Part shown: piece by piece, positions 45,706 to 54,341 of the stretch
How the letters are laid out: every line of letters begins with the position of its first letter
Position numbering within the stretch: position 1 is the stretch's first letter
Source of the DNA: an uncultured Methanosarcinales archaeon
GTDB lineage: Archaea; Nanobdellota; Nanobdellia; Woesearchaeales; JACJVW01
Length of the DNA stretch: 59,968 nt
Reading direction: 5' to 3'
NCBI GenBank assembly: GCA_964473285.1
Contig: CAYYOI010000004.1
Coordinates: 1 to 59,968 of the forward strand
The notes under the pieces: generated by a model
Databases searched by the model: none
What the model saw: only the letters and a program-made list of their open reading frames with translations
What the model was told of the DNA's origin: nothing
Program-made: the position numbers and the translations under genes

Positions 45706-47198
45706 AAGTCTCCCTCTTTTGGTTTTAATGGGTTATCCTGATGAGTAAGCAGATAATCTGGAAGGGGTTTATCAGTTTCATTGACAAGCTTCTTCCTTTC
45801 TTTACATGCTTGTTCAAGGGATCCTGCTTTATTGCAGAGATTATCGTCTTGTTTTGCAGCAATCTCAAAATAGCATGCATCCTTGAGATAGCCTGCTTCA
45901 TCGCAAATGGTGGGATCTATTTCTTCAATCGCTTTTTCTGCAACTGAATATATGCATTCTTCTTTGTGTTTTGTTTTGTCGCATAAGCTAATATCAGTAG
46001 TGAGGGCAGCTACCTCTGTGTAACAAATATCTTTGTATTCATCGCTTTTATTGCAGAATGCTGCATTACCTGTCTCTTCTGCAAGCAAAGCATAGCAATA
46101 ATTTTTGTATCTCCCACTTTTATCACAAACAGAGGGATCTTTATTCTGAAGAGCTTTATAGAAATAACATTGATTAGGGTTTGGCATATCTTTACAGACA
46201 TTTTCAATGTCTTTTTTCATGACGACCTCAAAATAGCAGTTTTCCTGATAGGGCCCTGTCTTATCGCAAAGGGTTTCATCCTTCTTTTGTATTGCAAGGT
46301 CCATGTAACAAAGTTCCTTTTTTGCTTTAAGTTTTTCACATGTGGAGGTATTACCAGACTGGAGTGCTATGTTCCAGAGACAGTATTCTTCTTTATTAAC
46401 TGCTTTACTACAAAGACTCTGGTTATTTGATGCAACAGCTAATCGTGTGTAACATTCGCCTGCCCATTTATCGCTTACCTCGCAGAGTTCAGGGTCCTTT
46501 TCTTCTAGTGCGTAGCATACGATTTTTTGATCGGTTGGAAGCTTATCACATATATCCTTGGTAAGGCCTGATATGGACAGGTCTTTTACTACAAACCTGA
46601 AGAGACAATCCTCTTCCCATGTACCAGCTTTGAGACAAAGGCTGGAATTGCCAATATCACGAGCAAGATACCAGTAGCAAAAGTCTTGCATCTCAAGACC
46701 TTTGCATAGATTAGGTTCTTTGTTTCTTATTGCGACACCGAATATACAGTTGTCCTTATAGTAAGTGTCATCAATGCCAGAACACGCATCAATTGTTTTT
46801 GATCCGAAACCATATCCCATATAACAGGCTTCAGTATCAGGGCAGAATTTTGATAGTTCCTGTTCTTCTTTATACCCTGTTGCATGAAGCGTACCAAGAC
46901 AAGAGGCCCTAGTGTCTTCATCTAGGGTGTTGCATAGAGTGGGATCAGAATTCTCTAATATTGCATTCGAAAAGCATATTCTTCGTTGAGGGATTTTTCT
47001 TTTGCTTTGGCAGTCTTCCCATCCGGAAGCACTGGAAAGACTTGATTCTTCAGCAGGATTCTCAAGTGAAATCTCTTTTGAAATCTCTTTTGGGAAGAGA
47101 AGGGTTATGAGTATTATGGATGCTATTAGGGCTATAAATGTGATCTTGAGGGCTATGCGTTTTTTCCTGATTTTTCTTTTGATTTTAGGTATACTCAT
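45702..47198 (-). CDS. membrane-anchored Cys-rich tandem-repeat protein
   Basis: Basic N-terminus + TM, then ~16-17 repeats of ~24 aa (CYxxxAxxxxDxxxCxK); TAATG overlap supports ATG47198. Confidence 0.85.
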   Translation of the reverse strand: MSIPKIKRKIRKKRIALKITFIALIASIILITLLFPKEISKEISLENPAEESSLSSASGWEDCQSKRKIPQRRICFSNAILENSDPTLCNTLDEDTRASCLGTLHATGYKEEQELSKFCPDTEACYMGYGFGSKTIDACSGIDDTYYKDNCIFGVAIRNKEPNLCKGLEMQDFCYWYLARDIGNSSLCLKAGTWEEDCLFRFVVKDLSISGLTKDICDKLPTDQKIVCYALEEKDPELCEVSDKWAGECYTRLAVASNNQSLCSKAVNKEEYCLWNIALQSGNTSTCEKLKAKKELCYMDLAIQKKDETLCDKTGPYQENCYFEVVMKKDIENVCKDMPNPNQCYFYKALQNKDPSVCDKSGRYKNYCYALLAEETGNAAFCNKSDEYKDICYTEVAALTTDISLCDKTKHKEECIYSVAEKAIEEIDPTICDEAGYLKDACYFEIAAKQDDNLCNKAGSLEQACKERKKLVNETDKPLPDYLLTHQDNPLKPKEGDL

Positions 47199-47860
47199 TA
47201 GGGCCACCCAATATTTTTATAGAGATGTGTTCTGGCGATGGATAAAATTCCACTTATGTTGACTTCCGGACCGCTGCCTTGATCCAATTGCCCATAGTTT
47301 ATTTCATCGTTGAATCTTTCGAGAATAAGGACCGATTGTTCAGCAATCTGCTTGTTCTTCCTCTGGAACATGTGGTGTACCCCATACATGCCTTGTTCTC
47401 CATCGTCTTCATGCTTGAATTTTTTATATGATCTATTTTTCAGGTTTTCGTAGTCATCAAACTGGGCATTGACAAATTCACTGAATTCCTTTGTAAGTTC
47501 TAGAACCGGCCCTTGTGATTCCATGGAATGAATTTGGGTATTGGCATCCAGTAGTCGTATCTGTATCTGTCTTTCTTTTATTATGTTTTCATTCTTTTGG
47601 AAAAGGTCAGGAATCTCTTCTATACTCCTTGGGTTGGGATTTTGTAGGAATATATCTATATACCCATACTCATAGGTCTCGTATAGTGAAACAATGGAGA
47701 CTAGAATTTTTTGATATTCTACAAATAGTTCTTCAGGTGTATTTTCTTCTTCAATTCCTGAGAAAGAAATTTGGGAGATCCTTTGTGACTTATCTTCTCT
47801 TGGTTCTGCAGTGCAACCTAGGATTGTTATAAGAACTAATGCTAATATAACCTTATACAT
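47198..47860 (-). CDS. putative lipoprotein
   Basis: MYKVILALVLITILGC lipobox-like N-terminus; TTTTTAAG TATA-like motif ~23 nt upstream. Confidence 0.75.
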   Translation of the reverse strand: MYKVILALVLITILGCTAEPREDKSQRISQISFSGIEEENTPEELFVEYQKILVSIVSLYETYEYGYIDIFLQNPNPRSIEEIPDLFQKNENIIKERQIQIRLLDANTQIHSMESQGPVLELTKEFSEFVNAQFDDYENLKNRSYKKFKHEDDGEQGMYGVHHMFQRKNKQIAEQSVLILERFNDEINYGQLDQGSGPEVNISGILSIARTHLYKNIGWP

Positions 47861-47912
47861 GAGGGGTAAAAACGGTTTTTAGCTTAAAAACTTTATGTAA
47901 GGTTCCTATATG

Positions 47913-48170
47913 TTAAAAGGTTTCAAGAAAGCTTATTATTTTGCTGTATTTTTGGAGAAATTCATGTCCTCTTTGTGTAAGGAAGTATATTCGTGCCCTC
48001 TTGGTAGTTGATTCCGATATTAGTTCTCTTTTTATGAGATCTTTAAGATATGATTCAAGCATTGGATGAGACAGATTTGCGCGCTGCATTATCTGGGTAC
48101 GTTTTTTTTTCCCTTCCTGTATTGCTTTTAGGATATCATGTATTAGTTCAAGATTATTTCTTTTTGCCAT
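47913..48170 (-). CDS. winged helix-turn-helix transcriptional regulator (archaeal HTH_45-like)
   Basis: KRNNLELIHDIL..KRTQIMQRANLS..YLKDL..YFLTQRGHEFL. Confidence 0.88.
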   Translation of the reverse strand: MAKRNNLELIHDILKAIQEGKKKRTQIMQRANLSHPMLESYLKDLIKRELISESTTKRARIYFLTQRGHEFLQKYSKIISFLETF

Positions 48171-48762
48171 AGTGTATCAGTATCAAAAGGAAAACTATTG
48201 TAAGATAGGCTCCAGCAAGGATGATATGTGATATCAAAGAGCCTGTTGGTGAGGCCAGTATAAACCCTATTTTATCTCCGGTAAGGAGAAGTATGAAACC
48301 TGAGTATCCTTTCTTTGTTCTGTGGATTACCGCTGTTGTAAGAAGAATTGTGATTGCGTAGATTGCGAATAATTCAAGCCTTCCAGTTGAGATTATCAGA
48401 ATTCCTAATGTGAGAAGCATGAAGTAGAATATCTTGTCCTTTCGTTTTAATGTAAGATAGAGGAGCGTATTGAGTCCAAGTAATTGGAAGCAAATAAATC
48501 CGTATAGACTATAGGTAAGAAGCATTATCTTTTGATTCCCTGTTGCAGCGTTTAGTAGACTTATGTGCGTGGTTAGCTGGATAAAGTAGGAGAAACCAAA
48601 AAAAAAGAAGGCATAAGAAAGTAGTTTCATGCGTTTCACATTACTGAGAGAATAGATCTTCCAAGTGTAATAGCTGAAAATGAAGGATCCTGCGATAAAA
48701 AATAGTTCTAAAAGCATTCCGATAGGAAAAAACCATATTGGTAGGAAAAAGAAAGGTTCCAT
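48154..48762 (-). CDS. polytopic membrane protein (6-7 TM), possible sensor
   Basis: Almost entirely hydrophobic segments; overlaps the wHTH gene. Confidence 0.75.
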   Translation of the reverse strand: MEPFFFLPIWFFPIGMLLELFFIAGSFIFSYYTWKIYSLSNVKRMKLLSYAFFFFGFSYFIQLTTHISLLNAATGNQKIMLLTYSLYGFICFQLLGLNTLLYLTLKRKDKIFYFMLLTLGILIISTGRLELFAIYAITILLTTAVIHRTKKGYSGFILLLTGDKIGFILASPTGSLISHIILAGAYLTIVFLLILIHYGKKK

Positions 48763-48781
48763 ATTGTAGAAGAAGCATCAA

Positions 48782-48797
48782 TAACTTTTAAAAGTTA
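48782..48797. promoter_or_regulatory. 16-bp perfect palindrome containing a TATA-like core
   Basis: TAACTTTTAAAAGTTA about 20 nt upstream of ATG48762. Confidence 0.4.
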
Positions 48798-49205
48798 CTA
48801 CCAGAATATTGCCGCAGGAATACAACTTATGCTTGTTGCGTTAGGCATTGTAAGGCAGAGGTATTGGATGTATTCCTCAGGCTGCTTATTTTCTTCTCCT
48901 TCTATGTTTTGTTCATTGAAGTTACGCATTATATCTATTGTGCTTATTGTCTCTTTGGAGCCATTTTTTATAATCGTGAAATTATTCTCGCTATAATATT
49001 CGATCATTATCTTTTGTTCTGGGTCAAATTGACAGGATAATCCCTCGAAGCATTCGGGCCCATCTTTTTCTGCTGAGTATGGCTGTTCTTTGCAGGTAGG
49101 GCATTCAGGTTTGCTGAGAATAAGCCAGGTGCAAAGCAAACAAAGCAAAATTACTGTAATTTCAAGCCCTACGATAAGTGTGTTCTGAGGCTTTTGACGT
49201 GTCAT
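48798..49205 (-). CDS. hypothetical membrane-anchored Cys-containing protein
   Basis: N-terminal TM, CPTC, further paired Cys. Confidence 0.65.
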   Translation of the reverse strand: MTRQKPQNTLIVGLEITVILLCLLCTWLILSKPECPTCKEQPYSAEKDGPECFEGLSCQFDPEQKIMIEYYSENNFTIIKNGSKETISTIDIMRNFNEQNIEGEENKQPEEYIQYLCLTMPNATSISCIPAAIFW

Positions 49206-49225
49206 GAATGAGTGTTCTCTGGAAG

Positions 49226-49235
49226 TATTTAAATA
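49226..49235. promoter_or_regulatory. palindromic TATA box shared by divergent genes
   Basis: TATTTAAATA about 21-23 nt from both ATG49205 (-) and ATG49258 (+). Confidence 0.5.
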
Positions 49236-49257
49236 GTTTTTGTAAAATCTAAATCTT

Positions 49258-49893
49258 ATGATTAGATTCAGGGTGAGTTGGAAATGGATCCCTCTTGCTT
49301 TTCTGATACTTTTTTTACTGATGTTTTTAGTATTTGAAATGACAGGAATCTTTACAATTAATACGGCAGAGAAGTGGATAAAAGAAGCAGGGCCTCTGGC
49401 AGGGTTTGTTATTGTGCTTTTGCTGGTGAGTGATCTTGTGACACCTGTTCCTTCTTCAATACTTATGACTTTTTCAGGTTCACTTTATGGAATATGGGGG
49501 GGTACTTTTTTTAGTACAGTGGGTTCTGTTGGTGCTTCAGTAATTGGCTTTTTGTTAGGAAGGTTTGGAAAAGAAGGAGTAAGTAAAATTATAACAAGGG
49601 ATGATCTTCGTTCAATGGATGGTTGGTTCTATCGGTGGGGAGAAGGGATACTTATATTATCAAGAATGATTCCCATGGTTACTGAAACAATGTCTTGTTT
49701 TGCGGGAATAACAGACATTTCCTTTCGCCGTTTCTTATTATTGATTCTTGTGGGGACAGTTCCCATGACTTTTTTTTATGCATATGTTGGGCATATGTCA
49801 GAATCAGTCAGCCAGTGGGCTTTGCCCTTGATACTTGGTATAGTGGTTCCAGGTATAGCTTGGATTATGATGCATTCTTTTTTAACTCGATGA
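49258..49893 (+). CDS. DedA/TVP38 (VTT domain) membrane protein
   Basis: PVPSSILMTFSGSLYG..GASVIGFLLGR..LSRMIPMV..FAG..FRRF..GTVP. Confidence 0.9.
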   Translation: MIRFRVSWKWIPLAFLILFLLMFLVFEMTGIFTINTAEKWIKEAGPLAGFVIVLLLVSDLVTPVPSSILMTFSGSLYGIWGGTFFSTVGSVGASVIGFLLGRFGKEGVSKIITRDDLRSMDGWFYRWGEGILILSRMIPMVTETMSCFAGITDISFRRFLLLILVGTVPMTFFYAYVGHMSESVSQWALPLILGIVVPGIAWIMMHSFLTR

Positions 49894-50833
49894 GTTTGTA
49901 TGGCATGAATTCTGGTAGAGGTATTTGGGTTATGGAATCGAAATCCTTACACCACTCTTTTAGATTGTCAATAGTGAATACTTCACCGGTCTCATGAGTA
50001 AGAGCCATGTTGAGTGAAAAAAGGGCTGCAAATTGGGGTGTTTTTTCGTCAGGGTTAAGCATGATATCAAGAATATAGCATCTCCCTTTTTTCAGAGAGT
50101 CATAAGCTTTCTTGATTATTTTTCTACAGGTCTCAGGTGTCTCCTGATGAAGCATGCCAAATAGGAATATGCAATCAAAACCAGTTGGAAATGGGTCTTT
50201 TTTATAATCACCTGGTGTGAATTCTATATTCTGATCTAGTTGATGGATGATCTTTCTACCTTCTTTTATAACTGGTTCCAGATCAAAAACAAGGCATTTC
50301 ATGTCTTTTTTTTGCCTGGCAAGATATGAGTAGGTTCCTGCACAACCCCCTACATCCAGAATGCTTGTTGTGTCATCAAAAGAGATGAATTGGAGAATTA
50401 TGGGTGCTAGTGAGAGTGCTTTGGTGTGCATGGAATGTACAAAGGTTTGTGTTCTTCTAGTGTTTGATCCAAGATGTGTCTGTTCTATTGGTTGGCCTGT
50501 TTGAAGGAGATCAGATAGTTTTCCCCAGGTTTCATAGTTCATTATGTTATAATAGATTGAGTCTGTGAGAGGTACAGGACTTTTTGACTGGAGACAGCAG
50601 GAAGCTTTTTTGCTCACAGAAAAAATATCTTTCTCTTTTTCCAGTAAGCCCAGAGCAGCACATGCATTCAGGAAGATTTTCCCAGTTCTCAGTTCCATTC
50701 CACAACGTTCGCAGATATCTTGTGCTGTGTCATTTTGTATATTATCAAATAGGTTAAATTTTATTGCTGTGAAGAGAATGGCTGATTTCCAGTAGGCGTT
50801 AGATAAATCCATTATTTCTTGAATTTCATTCAT
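49865..50833 (-). CDS. SAM-dependent O-methyltransferase (Methyltransf_2 type with dimerisation domain)
   Basis: SAILFTAIKFNLFD, ILDVGGCAG, VFDL, PGDY, GMLH. Confidence 0.9.
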   Translation of the reverse strand: MNEIQEIMDLSNAYWKSAILFTAIKFNLFDNIQNDTAQDICERCGMELRTGKIFLNACAALGLLEKEKDIFSVSKKASCCLQSKSPVPLTDSIYYNIMNYETWGKLSDLLQTGQPIEQTHLGSNTRRTQTFVHSMHTKALSLAPIILQFISFDDTTSILDVGGCAGTYSYLARQKKDMKCLVFDLEPVIKEGRKIIHQLDQNIEFTPGDYKKDPFPTGFDCIFLFGMLHQETPETCRKIIKKAYDSLKKGRCYILDIMLNPDEKTPQFAALFSLNMALTHETGEVFTIDNLKEWCKDFDSITQIPLPEFMPYKLIELKKNAS

Positions 50834-50834
50834 T

Positions 50835-52100
50835 TTATATCATCCGGTTCAGCATTGGAAATAGGTGTGTCGCCTTGAATTCTTCTGGAGCATAGTCTTC
50901 TATCGAATTATCTGAACTTATAAAAACAGCATATTGGCTGCTCTTCTTTGCAGGGAGACCATGGGACCCCTTTATCAGATGAGGTGCTATTGGTATCTTT
51001 TTGTTTTCGCAAAACATCTCACAAGGGTCATAACCTGGTTTATTATGGATATCAATATCATGTGCAAAGAAAGGTTTCTTATTATCATCTTTCCAGAAAT
51101 AATAACTGAACCAGGCATCAGGCTCTGCACATAAAAGAAAGTCTGCGTGACAGGGGAGTTCATACCTTTTTTGTTCTTTCTTATCAAGAATCTTTGCAAT
51201 ACCGGGAATATCTAGGTTAATCTCCTTATTCGTATAGACGTAGGCTACCTGATGGTCAACTAGAGCAAAAGCATCACTGAGCTCGTAATCAATATATTCT
51301 TTTCCCTGGATAGTCATTATTTTTAAATATCCTTTTTCTCTGAGAATCCGGTTTATTGGAATCGCTCTATTTACTGGTATAAGGCCATATTCTGATACTA
51401 TGATTAGTCTGTGGTTTAATGCGCGGAATTCTCCAATTAACTTGTCTACCTGCTCTAATTCTGCAATTACCTTCTCACTATGAGGGTGTTCTTTTTGGGA
51501 CACATAATCGAGATGTGGAATATAGACAAGTGTGAGGTCAGGATCATACCATTTTATGACTTTTTTTGCTGCATCTGTAATCCATCTGCTCCCGTTGAAT
51601 CCAGCCTTTGGCCCCCAGTAATCCGAGATTTTGAATTCTCCAATACTGTTGATCAGATCTTCATAGAGGTTTCTTGGTTTGCTATAGCACCATTCGATCA
51701 TACCGTTATCAGTATGGAATGGAGCAGGTGTAAGTATAATATCTGAATTAATGAATTTTGAGTTCTGCCAGAAGAGGACTGCTGTTTTTGCGTTTGGATT
51801 CTTTTCTTTGAGCCAATCCCATAGACAAGGTCCTTTTACAAGGTCTGCTTCCTGGCGCCAGAATTCAGGTTCTTTTGTTTGTTTGTTGAAATAACCGTTA
51901 CCCATTATCCCATGATCTGCAGGAGGTTTGCCTGTTACGAGAGTTGCCTGTACTGAACAGGTCATTGCGGGAAAACCGGGGTCCATCTCCCTGTAGGTTC
52001 CTTTCGCTTGCAATTCTTTTATGTTTTTTGCATTTGCTTTTTCCAATAGGTATGGTGAGAGACCTGCAATATTTAGTATAATTGTCTTCATGTATATCAC
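50835..52100 (-). CDS. alkaline phosphatase/nucleotide pyrophosphatase family protein (EboF-like)
   Basis: FPAMTCSVQATLVTG, YIPHLDY, VSEYG, DIHNKPGYDPCEMF, KGSHG. Confidence 0.88.
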   Translation of the reverse strand: MIYMKTIILNIAGLSPYLLEKANAKNIKELQAKGTYREMDPGFPAMTCSVQATLVTGKPPADHGIMGNGYFNKQTKEPEFWRQEADLVKGPCLWDWLKEKNPNAKTAVLFWQNSKFINSDIILTPAPFHTDNGMIEWCYSKPRNLYEDLINSIGEFKISDYWGPKAGFNGSRWITDAAKKVIKWYDPDLTLVYIPHLDYVSQKEHPHSEKVIAELEQVDKLIGEFRALNHRLIIVSEYGLIPVNRAIPINRILREKGYLKIMTIQGKEYIDYELSDAFALVDHQVAYVYTNKEINLDIPGIAKILDKKEQKRYELPCHADFLLCAEPDAWFSYYFWKDDNKKPFFAHDIDIHNKPGYDPCEMFCENKKIPIAPHLIKGSHGLPAKKSSQYAVFISSDNSIEDYAPEEFKATHLFPMLNRMI

Positions 52101-52753
52101 GTCATATATAGGTATTTACGTAAGATCAATACAGGAAATATGAGTGCTGCGACCATGATTCCTTTGTAAAAATGGCCGAAGGCTGCAACAATTGCTCCGT
52201 CAATTATGGGGATGATCGTAAGAGCTGTTATGACCATCTTTTTTATGGATTTGTCCAAGTGCTCGTAGCGCGCGAGTTTGGTAATAAATGCTATGTAGAA
52301 TGCGTAGATTAATGCAATATATAAGTAAGAGGTGCCAAGTCCCATCATCCAATTAAATCCTCTGCATCCGCCCATACCAATGGATGCTGTCAGGTCAGTT
52401 GATTTCAGTAGGGTATTGTAGGCAATAATGCAGATGACAAGTCCGAGTGCAAAAAGGAAAGGCAGTATTCCGGCAAATGCTGCGCTTATTGTTGTGCTTA
52501 TAAGTAGTGCTATCGAAAGAAAGAGTGCTGTTCTTGGTTTGATAAGGCCTTTTGGTATGGGACGGTCTGGATTATTCTTCTTATCAATATGCCTGTCACA
52601 ATAATCATTGAGGGAGGTTCCGCCGGCATATGCAAATACGCTTGCAAGGGCGATACTGATAAATATCTTTTCCTGAGAAATAATCATTGCTGCCAACACA
52701 TTTGAAAGTGATGTAAAAAGATTTGGGAGGCGAACCAATTGTGCGAATCTCAT
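52097..52753 (-). CDS. UbiA-family prenyltransferase (EboC-like)
   Basis: LVRLPNLFT, NDYCDRHIDxxxxPDRPIPKG Asp-rich motif, MGGCRGFN, multiple TM segments. Confidence 0.9.
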   Translation of the reverse strand: MRFAQLVRLPNLFTSLSNVLAAMIISQEKIFISIALASVFAYAGGTSLNDYCDRHIDKKNNPDRPIPKGLIKPRTALFLSIALLISTTISAAFAGILPFLFALGLVICIIAYNTLLKSTDLTASIGMGGCRGFNWMMGLGTSYLYIALIYAFYIAFITKLARYEHLDKSIKKMVITALTIIPIIDGAIVAAFGHFYKGIMVAALIFPVLILRKYLYMT

Positions 52754-53553
52754 ATGTACTTCCTCAGATGTATAAGTGATTTCTTTCCTGCTTCAACAGG
52801 GTTGTCCTGATATGGATAGAGTTCTACACTGATAAATCCCTTATATCCTATATCTCTTATTGCATTGAATATTGGTTGAAATTTTATATCTCCTTCACCG
52901 CAAATCTTGTGATCGTGAATTCTATCTTTTATGTCTTCGATGTGCATATGACCAATGTAATCTTTCAAATCTTTGATTACAGTTGCCGGATCATCACCTA
53001 CGCATACGAAATGACCTATATCGCAATTAAGACCAACTATTGGATCATCTATTGCTCTCAGGAAATCCTTGAATTGTTGTACATTCTCTATAAATAAATC
53101 AGGTTCAGGCTCTACGAGAATCTTTATGTTATATTCTTTTGCAGTAGGGATGACTTTTTTGAGGCCGTCAATAAAGAGGTCAAGATTTTCTTTTGTGCGT
53201 TCTCCGTGACCTCCTGGTTGGATAGAGATGTTTGGACATCCCAGCAGATGTGCTATCTTTATGCAGTCTATAGTATGGTTTATTCTGATATTCCTATTAT
53301 CATCAAGCCAAGAGGGATGATGCATATCTTGCACTGCAAAGAGCGTGAAGGTATTCAGGTTTGAGACAGAAAGACCTTCTTTTTCAATATGGTTTTTTAG
53401 TTCGATTAGTTTTTCTTTTGTAAAATCAGGAGGATATAGGTGTGGTCTGTCAGCAAGCAGTTCAACACCTTCAAAACCGTTTTGTGCAATTAGGCTCACT
53501 GCTTTGAATACATCGTATTTCTTGAATGCGTTTGTGCTGTAACTGAATCTCAT
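52750..53553 (-). CDS. sugar-phosphate isomerase/epimerase (xylose-isomerase-like TIM barrel)
   Basis: GFEGVEL, VEPEP, CDIGH, HMHIED, H..GEG, SVELY. Confidence 0.9.
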   Translation of the reverse strand: MRFSYSTNAFKKYDVFKAVSLIAQNGFEGVELLADRPHLYPPDFTKEKLIELKNHIEKEGLSVSNLNTFTLFAVQDMHHPSWLDDNRNIRINHTIDCIKIAHLLGCPNISIQPGGHGERTKENLDLFIDGLKKVIPTAKEYNIKILVEPEPDLFIENVQQFKDFLRAIDDPIVGLNCDIGHFVCVGDDPATVIKDLKDYIGHMHIEDIKDRIHDHKICGEGDIKFQPIFNAIRDIGYKGFISVELYPYQDNPVEAGKKSLIHLRKYI

Positions 53554-54341
53554 TCTTCCACCTTGAATTTGTTGGATTGGGAATAGAAGTTATAGGCATT
53601 GCTGAAAGTCACTTTTTTGATATCTTCAGGGGAAATACCGTACTTTGGCAGCTCTTGTGCGGCTTCACTGACCATAAGCGGAAAGGATCTTCCCCAATCA
53701 GCAGAACTGTTGAGCATTATCTTTTCAGGGCCATGTTCTTTGATTATCCTTGCTGCCCTTTCAATTGAGACTTTTGTCGGATAAAGGGTTATGCCTATGT
53801 ATGCTGCGTATTTTTTTGATATGTGCATTGTCTCTTCTGTATTGTGATCCATTATGTATCTGTTCATATCTACATTCTCTTCTTTTAGAATAGAAAACAG
53901 TTTCTCTACACCTACTCTTTTGTTGGTGTGAGGTGTATGGATGATACATAAAGTTTTATGCTTTTCGCAAAGTCTGATTTGTATTCTGCAAATATCAATT
54001 TCTTCAGGAGTGATAAGATCTAATCCTATTTCTCCTACTCCAAGGCAATTCTCATGTTCCATATAAGGTTCCATGTTCTCTATTACTTTGCTGGCAATTT
54101 TGTTTCTTGCTTCTTTTGCATTAACACAGACCAGTGCATAGTGCTTAAGGCCGTATTTTTCTGCTCGTTTGTTTTCAAAATTTAGCATGTGGTTGAAATA
54201 GTCAAGGAAACTTTCAGGATATTGCCGATCTTGGCCAGACCAGAATGCAGGTTCGATGATTGCTTTGTATCCTGCTTTGTACATTGCTTCGTAATCATCT
54301 GTTGTCCTTACAGACATGTGTATGTGTGGATCGATAATCAT
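53550..54341 (-). CDS. TatD-family metallohydrolase (EboB-like)
   Basis: DPHIHMSVRTTDDY, GEIGLD, IHTPH, DH, SSADWG. Confidence 0.9.
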   Translation of the reverse strand: MIIDPHIHMSVRTTDDYEAMYKAGYKAIIEPAFWSGQDRQYPESFLDYFNHMLNFENKRAEKYGLKHYALVCVNAKEARNKIASKVIENMEPYMEHENCLGVGEIGLDLITPEEIDICRIQIRLCEKHKTLCIIHTPHTNKRVGVEKLFSILKEENVDMNRYIMDHNTEETMHISKKYAAYIGITLYPTKVSIERAARIIKEHGPEKIMLNSSADWGRSFPLMVSEAAQELPKYGISPEDIKKVTFSNAYNFYSQSNKFKVEE

